This document shows, in pieces, positions 19,302-29,912 of a stretch of 64,000 nt of DNA. The stretch's first letter is position 1. Each line of letters begins with the position of its first letter. Under the pieces are notes generated by a model. The model worked only from the letters and a program-made list of their open reading frames with translations, was not told the DNA's origin and did not search any database. The position numbers and the translations under genes are program-made. Source of the stretch: Candidatus Krumholzibacteriota bacterium (GTDB taxonomy: Bacteria > Krumholzibacteriota > Krumholzibacteriia > JAJRXK01); the NCBI GenBank assembly GCA_963727455.1, contig CAVSGG010000007.1:115478-179477 (forward strand). The letters are read 5' to 3'.

Positions 19302-22300
19302 TTGAGCCGTGTTCCGGCTTTCCTTCGCGCGCCACATCCCGCGGTCCCCTTCAAGCGGCTCGGGCAACGCTTCTTTGCGCTTTTGAGCATCTTTGCAGTG
19401 GCCGCACTTTTGGCCGCCAACGCGCCCTCGAGTAGCTCGTCGAACCAGCTGCAGGCCCAGGAGCGCATGCACTACAAAGCCGAGCACGGACGTCGCACGC
19501 TCACTCCACGAGGCCCTGTCTTCTTCGGGGAGGGCAATGCCGAGTTCAGGCAAGGCAATCTCCACGTGACGGCCGACCGGGTCCGCTACTACGAACGTGA
19601 CCGCTACATTTGGGTGGTGGGAGCCGTTCACGCAGTCACCGACTCCCTGCAACTGTGGGCCGATTCTCTACGGGTGGAGGAGACGAAGGGTGTGGGCTGG
19701 GCTTACGGCCACGTTCGTCTTCTGGGCAAGGACGGCTCGATGGGCAGCGGCGAGCGCGGGATCTACTGGCGCTATCGCAACGCCATGGCGCTGATGGGCT
19801 CGGCCAGGCTCGTCGACTCGACCACCACCGTCGACGGCGACAGTCTCTTCTACGATCGCTCCGCGCAACGGCTCGAGGCCTACGGTTCGGTAAAGCTCGT
19901 CGACGAGGAAGCCCACACTGTGGTCACGGGGGAGCACGGTGTGTTCGACCGTGGCACTGGCTACGCCTACGTCGATTCGCTCCCGACTCTGCGCAGCCGC
20001 CATCAGAAGGGGGCGACCGCGGCCGTAAAGAGCAACTGGATGAGCTTCGACACGCAAAAGGAACACAGCAGGGCGATCGGGGATGTCCATTTTCAACAGG
20101 GACAGACCGTCGCCGACGCGGATACGGCGGATTTCTACGGCGATGACCTGCTGATCTTGAGGGGTTCGCCCGAAGTAAAGCAGGAAGATCAGGTGATGAA
20201 CGGCTCGATCATTCGCTTCGGTTATATCGATGGAGAGCTGCGACATATCGCCATCATCGGCCAGGCCAGTTTGATCGACTCCAGTCCGGACACCCTGAAA
20301 TCACAGTTCGTGGGCATTCCATTGACCAACGAGCTGCACGGCGACAGCTTGAAAATCGAACTCCTCAATGGAGAAGTCCTGCGGACCAGCGTGAGTGGGC
20401 ATGCGCAGAGCGTCTATCTGCCCGAGGATCAGAGCGATGTGATCTCGGTCAACGAAGCTCAAGGAGACTCCATCGAGATCGCGTTTTCAAACGGCCGGGT
20501 GGACCGCGTCTCCATTACCGGTGACAGTGAGGGGAAATACCATTTCCTGGACCGCAGCCGCGTACTCCGGATTCGGGCCGAGCGGGACTCCCTCTTCCAG
20601 ATGCATCGGGCGCAGCTGGACAGCTTGGCCCGGGTGGAAGGGGTGTCTTTGGACAGCTTGAAGGTGTCTTCGGAGGCGCCGGGCGGAGAAACCGAGGAGG
20701 GTTTGGTGGATTTTTCGAAGCTGGCGGACACCGTCGGTTACTCGGGAGATTCGACCACCTTCAGGGTGCCCAAGGGGCGCATCAACATCCAGGGCACCGC
20801 GCTCGTCAGCCACCAGGATCTCACGCTGACCGCCAAGAACATCGACTTCGATACCAACGAGAGGGAGCTGATCGCCGAGGGAGAACCCATGATCATCGAC
20901 ACGAGCAGCAAACTCGTGGGCGACGAGATGGGCTACCTCTTCGATTACAAGACGGGCGCGGTGAAGAATGGGATCACGCGTTATGACGATGGTTTCTACT
21001 ACGGCCGTCATGTGCGCCGGGTGAACGACGAAACACTCTTGGTGCGCGGAGGGATGTTTACTTCGTGCGATCTTGAACATCCCCATTATCACTTCTCGGC
21101 CAAGAAGATGAAGGTGAAGATCGGCAAGAGCGTGGTGGCGCGGCAGGTCACCTTCTACGTCAGCGACCTGCCTGTCTTCGCCTTTCCCTTCTTCTTCAAG
21201 AAGATCGACAAGGGCCGTCACTCCGGAATCATGTTTCCCAACGTGAACCTGGGAGTGAGTGGCCGCGAAGGCCGTTACATTCGGGACCTTGGCTACTACT
21301 GGGCTACCAACGAGTACACCGACTTTACCTTCAAGGGTGCCTTCAACGAACGGCAGGATCTGTCGCTTCAGATCCGAAATCGTTACAACGTGCGCTACAA
21401 GTTCAGCGGGGACGTGGAATTCACCTGGACGACGACTTTGAAGGAGAACCAGAAGGGCAAGGAATGGAAATTCCTCGCCAACCATCGTCAACCCGAACTC
21501 TTCGACGCCTGGAGTTTGACGACGAACGTAAACCTCACCTCCAACACCATCACGAACATCGATCCCATCACCGGCAATTCGGCCGATCTCTTGCCCACCG
21601 AGCTGCGCAGCAATTTGAGCATGAGCCGCGGTTTCGAGTCCGGGGCACGGCTGAACCTCTCCGGTACGCGCACCCAATACGTGAACGCAGAGGACAGCGA
21701 TCTCACCACCGACCACCTTATCTATCGCCAGACCCTTCCCAGCGTCAGCCTGAGCTTCAAGAGCCGACCGCTCTTGGGGCCGGCGAAACGACGCGGCGAG
21801 GGAAGCGCCCCGGCCCAAGTCCTGAGGGACATGACCTTCAGCCAGAGCTATCGCGGCGACCTTCAGCGCGAGCGGCGCGAGATCGGCCGCGTGGACGAGA
21901 TCAATGCCTCGGGGAATTGGGGACTGAGCTACAATCCGCAGTACCGTCTGGGGCCGTTCAACTTCACCTCCTCGGGCAGCTTCGCGGAGAGCTACCAACG
22001 GCGCAAAACTTTCTCGCAGAGTTACGTGGCGCGCGCGGACACTCTCAAAGACAGCAATGGCAATCCCATTCTGGACGGCAATGGCAACGTGCAGGTCCAA
22101 GAGCTCTACGATCTCGTCTCCGAAACGGACAAGATCGATGAGGGCAGCACGCCGAGTTTATCCTGGCGCAACTCCCTGAGCACGAATCTCTACGGAATTT
22201 TCAATACCCACATCGGCGCGCTGCGCGGAATCAAGCACAAGCTCTCGCTCGCTTTCAGCCACTCCTGGCGCCCGCAACTCGGAGATCAACAGAGCGCGAG

Positions 22301-23171
22301 TCAGAGCATCGGGATTCGCGTGGGGAACGAACTCAGTTTCAAGTACGCGGCGGGTTCCAGCTCTTCTTCGAAAAGCGCGGGAACGAGCAGGGCCAGCGCC
22401 GACACGCTCGATTCCGAGAGTGCTTCCCGCGAGGAAGACGGTACGGAAAAGGAGGAGATTCGTAAGCTTGAGCGATTGCTCACCTGGGATCTCTCGACCA
22501 ACTACCGACCCGACGATCCCGCCGGTCAGAACTGGGACAACATCGGTTCCACCGTGCGTCTCAGTCCGGGCTTCACCCGCGCCATCGACTTCACCATGAA
22601 CCAGTCCCTCGACCCCTATCGCTTCCAAGTGCTCTCCACCACCGTGAGCACAAATCTGCGTCTCGATGGCAAGATGGATTTCGGCGGCTTGTTTCTGGAG
22701 CGAAAGGAACCCAAGAACGCGGTGGTCGAGCGCATCGGAGAGCCGGCGGATACTCTGGCAACCACGCAGGAAGATGAGGCGAGTTGGTACGGGCAAATTG
22801 GAGGCAACCAGCTCCAACGAAGCAGCAACGACAACACGATGCCGTGGAACTTCAACGCGCGCGCCAGCATCACCAACGGCAAGGACAGTCCCACTCGCGC
22901 CACCATCTCCACCCGGATGAGCGCCATTCTTCCCATTTCCTGGAATCTGGATTACTCGGCCAACTTCGACGTCGAGACGGGGAACTTCACCAACCAGAGC
23001 TACAGCCTCAGCCGTGACATCCACCAGTGGCGAATCGAATTCCGTCGCTCGCTCACCAATTCCTCCGACTTCTCCTTCCGGATCTACCTCAAGAGCATTC
23101 CCGATTTGAAGATCCAGCGGGGCAACCAAAGTCTCGGGGGCTACTTCGGGCGGCAGCTGGGGGCCTTCTAG
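19302..23171 (+). CDS. lptD: LPS assembly protein LptD-like with extended OstA/LptA repeats
   Basis: Repeated OstA-like beta-jellyroll segments, FTSCDLEHPHY motif, C-terminal beta-barrel ending RDIHQW...IPDLK; start uncertain (19281 or 19302). Confidence 0.82.
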   Translation: MSRVPAFLRAPHPAVPFKRLGQRFFALLSIFAVAALLAANAPSSSSSNQLQAQERMHYKAEHGRRTLTPRGPVFFGEGNAEFRQGNLHVTADRVRYYERDRYIWVVGAVHAVTDSLQLWADSLRVEETKGVGWAYGHVRLLGKDGSMGSGERGIYWRYRNAMALMGSARLVDSTTTVDGDSLFYDRSAQRLEAYGSVKLVDEEAHTVVTGEHGVFDRGTGYAYVDSLPTLRSRHQKGATAAVKSNWMSFDTQKEHSRAIGDVHFQQGQTVADADTADFYGDDLLILRGSPEVKQEDQVMNGSIIRFGYIDGELRHIAIIGQASLIDSSPDTLKSQFVGIPLTNELHGDSLKIELLNGEVLRTSVSGHAQSVYLPEDQSDVISVNEAQGDSIEIAFSNGRVDRVSITGDSEGKYHFLDRSRVLRIRAERDSLFQMHRAQLDSLARVEGVSLDSLKVSSEAPGGETEEGLVDFSKLADTVGYSGDSTTFRVPKGRINIQGTALVSHQDLTLTAKNIDFDTNERELIAEGEPMIIDTSSKLVGDEMGYLFDYKTGAVKNGITRYDDGFYYGRHVRRVNDETLLVRGGMFTSCDLEHPHYHFSAKKMKVKIGKSVVARQVTFYVSDLPVFAFPFFFKKIDKGRHSGIMFPNVNLGVSGREGRYIRDLGYYWATNEYTDFTFKGAFNERQDLSLQIRNRYNVRYKFSGDVEFTWTTTLKENQKGKEWKFLANHRQPELFDAWSLTTNVNLTSNTITNIDPITGNSADLLPTELRSNLSMSRGFESGARLNLSGTRTQYVNAEDSDLTTDHLIYRQTLPSVSLSFKSRPLLGPAKRRGEGSAPAQVLRDMTFSQSYRGDLQRERREIGRVDEINASGNWGLSYNPQYRLGPFNFTSSGSFAESYQRRKTFSQSYVARADTLKDSNGNPILDGNGNVQVQELYDLVSETDKIDEGSTPSLSWRNSLSTNLYGIFNTHIGALRGIKHKLSLAFSHSWRPQLGDQQSASQSIGIRVGNELSFKYAAGSSSSSKSAGTSRASADTLDSESASREEDGTEKEEIRKLERLLTWDLSTNYRPDDPAGQNWDNIGSTVRLSPGFTRAIDFTMNQSLDPYRFQVLSTTVSTNLRLDGKMDFGGLFLERKEPKNAVVERIGEPADTLATTQEDEASWYGQIGGNQLQRSSNDNTMPWNFNARASITNGKDSPTRATISTRMSAILPISWNLDYSANFDVETGNFTNQSYSLSRDIHQWRIEFRRSLTNSSDFSFRIYLKSIPDLKIQRGNQSLGGYFGRQLGAF

Positions 23172-23360
23172 CAGCCGAGCCGTCGGCTGCGGCCCGCCAC
23201 TCAGACGCAAGCTCTTAGGCTGACCGGTGGGTATCGCCGCTCTGGTTCGGAGCGTTCGCCCGATTCGAGAGCCGCGGAAAATCGGCACATTTTCGACATT
23301 TTGCGTTGACAGGACGCCTGGATAGGGTCTATTGGGAACTCAAGAAAGGAGGTCTGTCCC

Positions 23361-23660
23361 ATGAACAAGACCGAATTGACCGCAAAACTCGCGACGAGGT
23401 CCGATCTCTCCGGCCGTCAGGCCAAGGCGATCATCGACATGATTTTCGATACCGATCCCAAGAAGGGGATCATCGCCTCTGAGCTGACTCGGGGCCGCAA
23501 GGTCCAGATCACGGGTTTTGGCACCTTCGAGAGCCGCAAGCGGAAGAAGAGAATGGGCCGCAACCCGCAGACGGGTGACACCATCTCCATTCCCGCGAGC
23601 CGGGTACCCGCTTTCAGCGCGGGTCGTGCTCTGAAGGACCACGTGAACAAGAGGAAGTAA
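23361..23660 (+). CDS. hup: HU family DNA-binding protein
   Basis: MNKTEL, GFGTF, GRNPQTG, PAFSAGRALK; AAGGAGG RBS. Confidence 0.96.
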   Translation: MNKTELTAKLATRSDLSGRQAKAIIDMIFDTDPKKGIIASELTRGRKVQITGFGTFESRKRKKRMGRNPQTGDTISIPASRVPAFSAGRALKDHVNKRK

Positions 23661-23709
23661 TCCATCACGCGGTCTTGGATCGGCCCTTTCTGCCCCAGGT
23701 CCAATTCCT

Positions 23710-23748
23710 GACGGAGCCCCCGCTGTCGGTGGGGGCTCCGTCCGTTTT
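23710..23748 (+). terminator. Rho-independent terminator after hup
   Basis: GACGGAGCCCCCGC...GTGGGGGCTCCGTC stem followed by cgtttt. Confidence 0.75.
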
Positions 23749-23909
23749 GGAACCACAGCTCCTTCTCGCGCATTGAACCAGGGGGCGCCTGTCTCCTCAC
23801 TGGAAGGGCGATTTCAGGCCAAGATTGCGGCATCCACGCAACTCTTGGTATTATAGTGCTTCGTCTGCCGGAAACCGGGCCAATTCGTCGATCCGTTTGG
23901 AGGTCGAAG

Positions 23910-25268
23910 ATGCATCGAGTCACCCTGCGAGCAACGAGTTTCCTCGTTGCACTCGCCGCGGCTCTCGGACTGTGGACGCGCATGCCCGCGTCGCAGGCCG
24001 AGGATCTGGTCGATCTGACCATTACTTTCGAAGGGGCGGTCCATGGTGAAATCGCCCCTTGTGGGTGAAAACACAAGCCGCTAGGTGGGTTGGCCCGGAG
24101 GGCCGCCATATTTCAGGACATCGCCAAGAACCACAAGAACGTGCTCCATCTCGACGCGGGGAACATGTACGGCCGCCGTACGGACGCCGCACGGGCCCAG
24201 ACCGAGTTCCTACTGCAGCACGTGGCCAAGCTGGATTATCCGGTGCTCCCGGTGGGACAGTGGGATTTGAACTACGGTCTCGACTTTCTGAAGGAGCAGG
24301 CCGCCAAATACAATTTCCACTACATCTCGGCCAACTTGAAGGGTGGGGAGAATGGAAAGCTCCTCTTCGATCCCTATGCGGTGGTGAAGAGAGGCGGACT
24401 GCGAATCGGCGTCATCTCGGTGATCGGGCCGAGCTACGTCATCACCACCATGTCGGCCAAGGTGGACAAGTTCGTAATCGACTCTCCTCGCGACGCTCTC
24501 GAGAAGTATCTACCCGAGCTGCGGAAGAAGAGCGATCTCATCGTCTTGCTCTCCGGGGCGACCACCCGGGACACGCGCGAACTGTTGACCGATCTGGGCA
24601 CTGACTCCGGGATCGACATCTGTGTAGAGGGTGCCGATCTGCGCCAATACCGTCGTCTGAATCGGGTGGGAGACGTCTATCTCGTGTCCGCCAATCCGCA
24701 GGGCAAGTACCTGGGTCAGCTCGACCTGCAGGTCACTCCCAAAGGGGACATCCAGGACGCGGTTCTGACCCTGCACGAACTGGGCAAGCAGGCGCCGGAG
24801 ATCGCTGAAATCCAGACCGAAGTCGACAAGTTCCTCAAGGACAACGAGAAGTTGGCCAAGCATTCGCAGCTGAAGCCCAGTCCCGACAAGGGTCTCAAGG
24901 ACGAGAAGTACTTGGGGACCACGCGCTGCAGCAACTGCCACAAGGAAATCTTCACCAAGTACCAGGAAACCGCGCACGCCAAGGCCTGGCAGACCCTGGT
25001 GGCGAAGGGACAGACCAGCAATCCCGATTGCGTGGGCTGTCACGTAACGGGCTGGGACTACTATAACGGCTTCGATCCGACGGTATCGACCAACGGGCAG
25101 AACATTCTTTTCAACGTGCAGTGCGAGGCCTGCCACGGTTACGGAACCATGCATGCGCGCGATGGAGAGTGGGCCGCACAGGCCAAGAAGTCCTGTACCC
25201 ACTGTCATACTCCTGAGTTCGATCCCGATTTTGACTACGACACCTATTGGGCCCGTATCGCCCACTAG
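23910..25268 (+). CDS. UshA-like (seleno)protein fused to tetraheme c-type cytochrome; in-frame UGA at 24066-24068 read as Sec
   Basis: GGAGG RBS, signal peptide, HGEIAPCG-UGA-KHKPLGGLARR continuous in frame across two ORF-track entries; four CxxCH (CSNCH, CVGCH, CEACH, CTHCH). Confidence 0.85.
24084..24108 (+). promoter_or_regulatory. Candidate bacterial SECIS hairpin
   Basis: GGCCC-GGA-GGGCC stem-loop (24092-24104); G-containing loop 28 nt after the UGA. Confidence 0.55.
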
Positions 25269-25338
25269 GAGTCGTTTGCTCGTTCCCCATGCTGCGCCCG
25301 GAGGCTCTACCCTCCGGGCGTTCGCGTAGACTGCAAGG

Positions 25339-26109
25339 TTGAAGATGTTGCGCTGGCTCCTCTTGGCTCTCTTCGTCTTGGTCGGTCCCGTCAGCTCACG
25401 GGCACAGGAGGTCTTTTCTTGGTGGCATCGCGGGCTGCTCGAATTCGATCTCACCGCGGGTTCGTGGGCGGAGTTTTCGCGCACCGAGACATCCGAGGGT
25501 CAACAGACGAAAGAGAAACTGCGTTGCGAGGTCCTCGCGCGCACCGAGCAAGGAGAGCACTGGATCAAACTGAGATTTCTGGATGAAGAGGAGTCTTACG
25601 TTCTACTCGTAGCCCCTTTGGATTCCTTGCGGCAGGGAGATCTGCTGCAGGGGCTGCATCGCGTGTTCAAACTCTTGCCCGCCGGCGCGGTCGAGGAGGA
25701 AGACCTGGAACGGGTGCGCAACAACCGCCTCTTGAGCCGCCATTTCAAGGACCTCTTCGAGAACCCCAGCGTGGAACGTGAGGCTTTGCCCGACACCACC
25801 ATCGGCGAACAGACGATTTCCCGCGAGCGAGTGCGGCTCGACGAAGTGCGGGAGGTGAAGGTGAAGATGGGACGCAGCGACATGATCTATCGCAACGAGG
25901 CGGTGGCGGTCGCCCAGATTTCGCCCGCCGTTCCGATCTTCGGCCTCCTGCGCTCGAAGGTGAACACTTCGCTCGCTCCCGCGAATCCGCAAAGGAACAG
26001 CCCTCCGCCGCTTCTGACCGAGGAGGAGCTGGTGTGTGTGGCCTTCGGAAGAAAGTCCACGCCCAGCGGCCTTCCCCCCGAGGTCCAAGAACTCCTGCAT
26101 TCTCGCTAG
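25339..26109 (+). CDS. Hypothetical secreted protein
   Basis: Signal-peptide-like N-terminus (MKMLRWLLLALFVLVGPVSSRA); fills the gap between known genes. Confidence 0.65.
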   Translation: MKMLRWLLLALFVLVGPVSSRAQEVFSWWHRGLLEFDLTAGSWAEFSRTETSEGQQTKEKLRCEVLARTEQGEHWIKLRFLDEEESYVLLVAPLDSLRQGDLLQGLHRVFKLLPAGAVEEEDLERVRNNRLLSRHFKDLFENPSVEREALPDTTIGEQTISRERVRLDEVREVKVKMGRSDMIYRNEAVAVAQISPAVPIFGLLRSKVNTSLAPANPQRNSPPPLLTEEELVCVAFGRKSTPSGLPPEVQELLHSR

Positions 26110-26213
26110 CATCGCCACCGAATGGCACCCGCCAAGCCGGAGACCACCTGATGGCCGGTTTGTGCTAAAATCAAGCGAGATATCGCCCCATTTGGACTGC
26201 ATCGGAGCCTTCG

Positions 26214-27041
26214 GTGGACACTCACACCCCACTGCGCGAGGAGAACTTGGAGAGTCTCAGAAGTCGCGCGCACGAGTACTTCATGACGGTCAACCGCCCG
26301 GTCGGCAGCGAGGAATTGGCCAAGGTCCTGTTCAAGCCGCAGATGGACGAGTCTGTCTCACCGCTCTTGGTGCGCACCCTCCTTTCCCGCGACCGCCGTT
26401 TCAGTGAATCTTCACGCGGACTCTGGGAACTCAGCTCCTCACCCTACCGCCATCTTCGTCTGCAGGACGCGGCGTTCGCGGTGGTCGATCTCGAGGCCAC
26501 CGGTAGCCGACTGGGAGTCGACCGCATCATCGAAGTGGCGGTGGTACGAGTCGACCACGGCTGTGTGCGTCGCAGCTTCAACACGCTGGTGAATCCCCTG
26601 CAGCCGGTGCCGCACTGGATCCAGGGCTTGACTGGCATCAAGGACTCGATGTTGCAGGACGCGCCTCGTTTTCATCAGGTCGCGCCAAGGGTTTTGGAGT
26701 TGCTCAAAGGTAGCGTGTTCGTCGCACACAACGTCGACTTCGATTATCCCTTCCTGAGACGACAGGTGAGGGAGTCCGGACACCGACCACATCCCTGGCC
26801 ACAGCTCTGCACGGTTCGGCTCTCGCGCAGGATGCATCCTGAATGGGGCGCCTTTCGCTTGGGCGCGGTGGCGCGACGTCTGGAGGTCCCCCTCAAGCGG
26901 CATCACCGCGCCATCGCCGACGCCACCGCGACGGCCCAGGTCCTTTTGCGGGAGCTGAAGGAGCTCCAGCACCAGGGCATCGGCACGGTGGGGGAGGTCC
27001 TGGCCTTCGCGCGCTCGGCGCCCGCTCCAGCCGAAGACTGA
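26214..27041 (+). CDS. DEDDh 3'-5' exonuclease (DnaQ/PolC-like) with N-terminal extension
   Basis: VVDLEATG, VAHNVDFD, HHRAIADA motifs. Confidence 0.9.
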   Translation: MDTHTPLREENLESLRSRAHEYFMTVNRPVGSEELAKVLFKPQMDESVSPLLVRTLLSRDRRFSESSRGLWELSSSPYRHLRLQDAAFAVVDLEATGSRLGVDRIIEVAVVRVDHGCVRRSFNTLVNPLQPVPHWIQGLTGIKDSMLQDAPRFHQVAPRVLELLKGSVFVAHNVDFDYPFLRRQVRESGHRPHPWPQLCTVRLSRRMHPEWGAFRLGAVARRLEVPLKRHHRAIADATATAQVLLRELKELQHQGIGTVGEVLAFARSAPAPAED

Positions 27042-27089
27042 AGTTCTTTTGTTCGAACAGATTAGCGCTGCATTTCGGGCCGGGCTGGC

Positions 27090-27119
27090 TTGACGGAGAT
27101 AGGCCTCAAGTGGTAGCTT
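27090..27119 (+). promoter_or_regulatory. Putative sigma-70 promoter for CBS-CGL operon
   Basis: TTGACG-N18-TAGCTT; same hexamers as promoter at 50408. Confidence 0.5.
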
Positions 27120-27226
27120 CCCGCGGATTCATTCGACTAAGCCTTGGGCTCTACAGGATTCCATCGGCCATTCCCTGGCGCGGATTCCCTGCTCGAAAGG
27201 AGGCGAGGGCAGCCTGCCCCAAGCCC

Positions 27227-28624
27227 ATGAATGTTCCTAAGGACGCTTTCATTCCCCCGGTCCTCGAAGACGTCACCGAGGCCATCGGGAACACCCCCCT
27301 GGTGCGGCTGCGCAAGATGCCCGACCCCAAGGGCGCGCGGGTGTACGCGAAGATGGAAATGCTCAATCCCGGCGGAAGCGTGAAAGACCGCATCGGGGCC
27401 TCGATGCTGGACGCAGCAGAGGAGCAGGGTCTTCTGCGTCCCGGCGGTACGGTCGTCGAATGTACCAGCGGCAACACAGGGATGGGTCTGGCGCTCTCCT
27501 GCGCGGTGCGCGGTTATCGCCTCATCTGTACCATGCCCGACAAGATGAGCAAGGAGAAGATCAGCCTGCTGCGCGCGATGGGCGCCGAAGTCATCGTCAC
27601 CCCCAGTAACGTGGCTCCCGACCATCCCGAAAGCTATTACTCCATCGCCCGAAGCATCGCCGAGAGTACGGACAACTGTGTGTGGACCAATCAGTATTTC
27701 AACGACGCGAATCCTCGTGCCCACTACAGCAGCACGGGGCCGGAGCTGTGGGCGCAGACCGAGGGCAAGATCTCCGCGTTCGTGGCCGGGATGGGCACCT
27801 GCGGCACGATCAGTGGCACGGGACGATACCTCAAGGAACAGAACCCGCAGGTACGCATCGTCGGTGTCGATCCCGAGGGGAGCATTCTCAAGCATTGGTT
27901 CGACACGGGCGAGACCGGCGAGGCGCAGCCCTACAAGGTCGAGGGGATCGGCGAGGACATCGTCCCCAGCGTCTTCTATCGCGATGCGGTGGATGAAGTG
28001 CGTAGTGTGAACGACGAAACCTCGTTTCTCATCACCCGGCGCTTGGTCAAGGAGGAAGGGATCTTCGCCGGAGGTTCCTGCGGTTCGGCGGTCGCAATCG
28101 CCCTGGACGTGGCGCGCGAGATGAAGCCCGATCAGATGGTGGTCGTCCTTCTGCCCGATTCGGGTTCGAAGTATGTGTCGAAGATTTTCAACGACGACTG
28201 GATGCGGGAGAACCGCTTCCTCTCACCTTCCCTGGCCACGGTGAGCGACGTACTGCACCGCGGGGGGAGACCGCTGAAGACCCTTCTCACCGTCGAGTGG
28301 GATGCCACCGTGCGAGATGCCATCGATCTAATGCGGCTGAACGAAGTGAGTCAACTGCCCGTCATGAGGCATGGCGAGCCGGTGGGGCGCGTTACCGACA
28401 GCCGGCTCATGGCCGCGGTCCTGGACGATCCGTCGTGCATGGACCAAGGCCTCGGCAAGCTGCAAGAGCCGCCGCTACTGCGTGTGGAAGGCGCGCGACG
28501 CATGAGCGAAATCCTCGCCACTCTCAGCGGGAAGGACGCCGCGGTTCTGGTGGAAGAACACGGCCACGTGGCGGGGATCATCACCCGCTACGATCTCATC
28601 GACTTCGTCCAGGAGGGACACTAG
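27227..28624 (+). CDS. cbs: Cystathionine beta-synthase with C-terminal CBS domains
   Basis: IGNTPLV, NPGGSVKDR, TSGNTG, GTCGT, YKVEGIGED, SKIFNDDWM, C-terminal CBS pair. Confidence 0.93.
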   Translation: MNVPKDAFIPPVLEDVTEAIGNTPLVRLRKMPDPKGARVYAKMEMLNPGGSVKDRIGASMLDAAEEQGLLRPGGTVVECTSGNTGMGLALSCAVRGYRLICTMPDKMSKEKISLLRAMGAEVIVTPSNVAPDHPESYYSIARSIAESTDNCVWTNQYFNDANPRAHYSSTGPELWAQTEGKISAFVAGMGTCGTISGTGRYLKEQNPQVRIVGVDPEGSILKHWFDTGETGEAQPYKVEGIGEDIVPSVFYRDAVDEVRSVNDETSFLITRRLVKEEGIFAGGSCGSAVAIALDVAREMKPDQMVVVLLPDSGSKYVSKIFNDDWMRENRFLSPSLATVSDVLHRGGRPLKTLLTVEWDATVRDAIDLMRLNEVSQLPVMRHGEPVGRVTDSRLMAAVLDDPSCMDQGLGKLQEPPLLRVEGARRMSEILATLSGKDAAVLVEEHGHVAGIITRYDLIDFVQEGH

Positions 28625-28627
28625 AAC

Positions 28628-29767
28628 ATGGGCTTCTCCACCAAAGCGATCCACGCGGGACAAAAGCCGGAACCGGTCACCGGAGCGGTGATGACCCCCG
28701 TGTTTCAGACGTCCACCTACGCGCAGGACGGAATCGGAGAACACCGCGGCTACGAGTACGCGCGCACGCAGAATCCCACGCGCGAGGCCCTGGAGGGCTG
28801 CATTGCCGCCCTGGAGGGCGCGAGTCACGGAGTGGCTTTCGGCAGCGGAACCGCCGCGATCCACGCCATCCTCCAGACCCTGAACGGCGGCGACGAGATC
28901 ATCTGTACCTCCAACGTCTATGGGGGCACCTACCGGCTCTTCGAGATGGTGCTTCGGCGATTTGGTCAGCGCTTTCACTTTGTCGACACCAGCGATCTCG
29001 CCGCGGTGGAAGAAGCTCTCAGCGAGAAGACGAAGTTGCTGTTCGTAGAGACGCCGACCAATCCGGTCTTGACGCTCAGCGACATCAAAGCGTGCGCCGA
29101 GCTGGCCCACGACAAGGGCGCGAAGCTGGCCGTCGACAACACCTTCATGAGCCCCTATTTCCAAAACCCCTTGGCCCTGGGCGCCGACGTCTGTGTGCAC
29201 TCTACCACCAAGTATCTCAACGGACACAGCGACATGGTTGGCGGCATCGTGCTCACCAATGACGACGATCTCTTCGCGAGCTTGAAATTTCTGCAGAATG
29301 CCGCGGGCGCGGTACCCGGTCCTTGGGATTGTTGGCTCGCGCTGCGTGGAGTGAAGACTCTGGCGGTGCGCATGCGGCAACACGATGCTAACGCGCGGCA
29401 GCTCGCGGCGTGGCTCGCGGAGCGGAAGGACGTGAAGAAAATTTACTATCCCGGCCTGGTTGCGCATCCCGGGCACGCGCTCGCGCAACGGCAAATGCGG
29501 GGTTTCGGGGGCATGATCTCCTTCGATCTGGGCTCGTTCGCTGCGGCGCAGAAAGTCGTAAAAGCGGTGCAAATCTTCACTCTGGCGGAGAGTCTCGGTG
29601 GGGTGGAGAGCCTGATCTCACATCCAGCAATGATGACGCACGGCACCGTACCCAAAGAAATTCGCGAAGAATTGGGAATCACCGATGGCCTCGTGCGTAT
29701 CAGCGTGGGCATCGAGGACGTAGAGGATCTGCAGAACGATTTGGAGCAAGCGTTGGATTCGATTTGA
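28628..29767 (+). CDS. Cystathionine gamma-lyase/synthase
   Basis: YEYARTQNPTR, ETPTNP, DNTF, HSTTKYLNGHSD, AESLGGVESL. Confidence 0.94.
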   Translation: MGFSTKAIHAGQKPEPVTGAVMTPVFQTSTYAQDGIGEHRGYEYARTQNPTREALEGCIAALEGASHGVAFGSGTAAIHAILQTLNGGDEIICTSNVYGGTYRLFEMVLRRFGQRFHFVDTSDLAAVEEALSEKTKLLFVETPTNPVLTLSDIKACAELAHDKGAKLAVDNTFMSPYFQNPLALGADVCVHSTTKYLNGHSDMVGGIVLTNDDDLFASLKFLQNAAGAVPGPWDCWLALRGVKTLAVRMRQHDANARQLAAWLAERKDVKKIYYPGLVAHPGHALAQRQMRGFGGMISFDLGSFAAAQKVVKAVQIFTLAESLGGVESLISHPAMMTHGTVPKEIREELGITDGLVRISVGIEDVEDLQNDLEQALDSI

Positions 29768-29912
29768 TGCGCATGGGAATTTGCGACTTGCTTGACGCTC
29801 GCATTCCCAATTCGTATGATCGCGCCACCGTTGATACGCTTCTTAGATGGGCAGCTTCCTGAGTAACGGTGTGGTCGATGTGAATGATGGTATTTGGTCT
29901 CAGGGAGGAAAA

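Noticed and set aside
23361-23660. Short DTDPKKG insertion in HU
   Set aside because: Minor loop variation; all core motifs are intact and no functional claim is supportable
27120-27226. SAM/SAH riboswitch upstream of CBS-CGL
   Set aside because: No SAM-I/II/IV or SAH consensus recognisable in the leader
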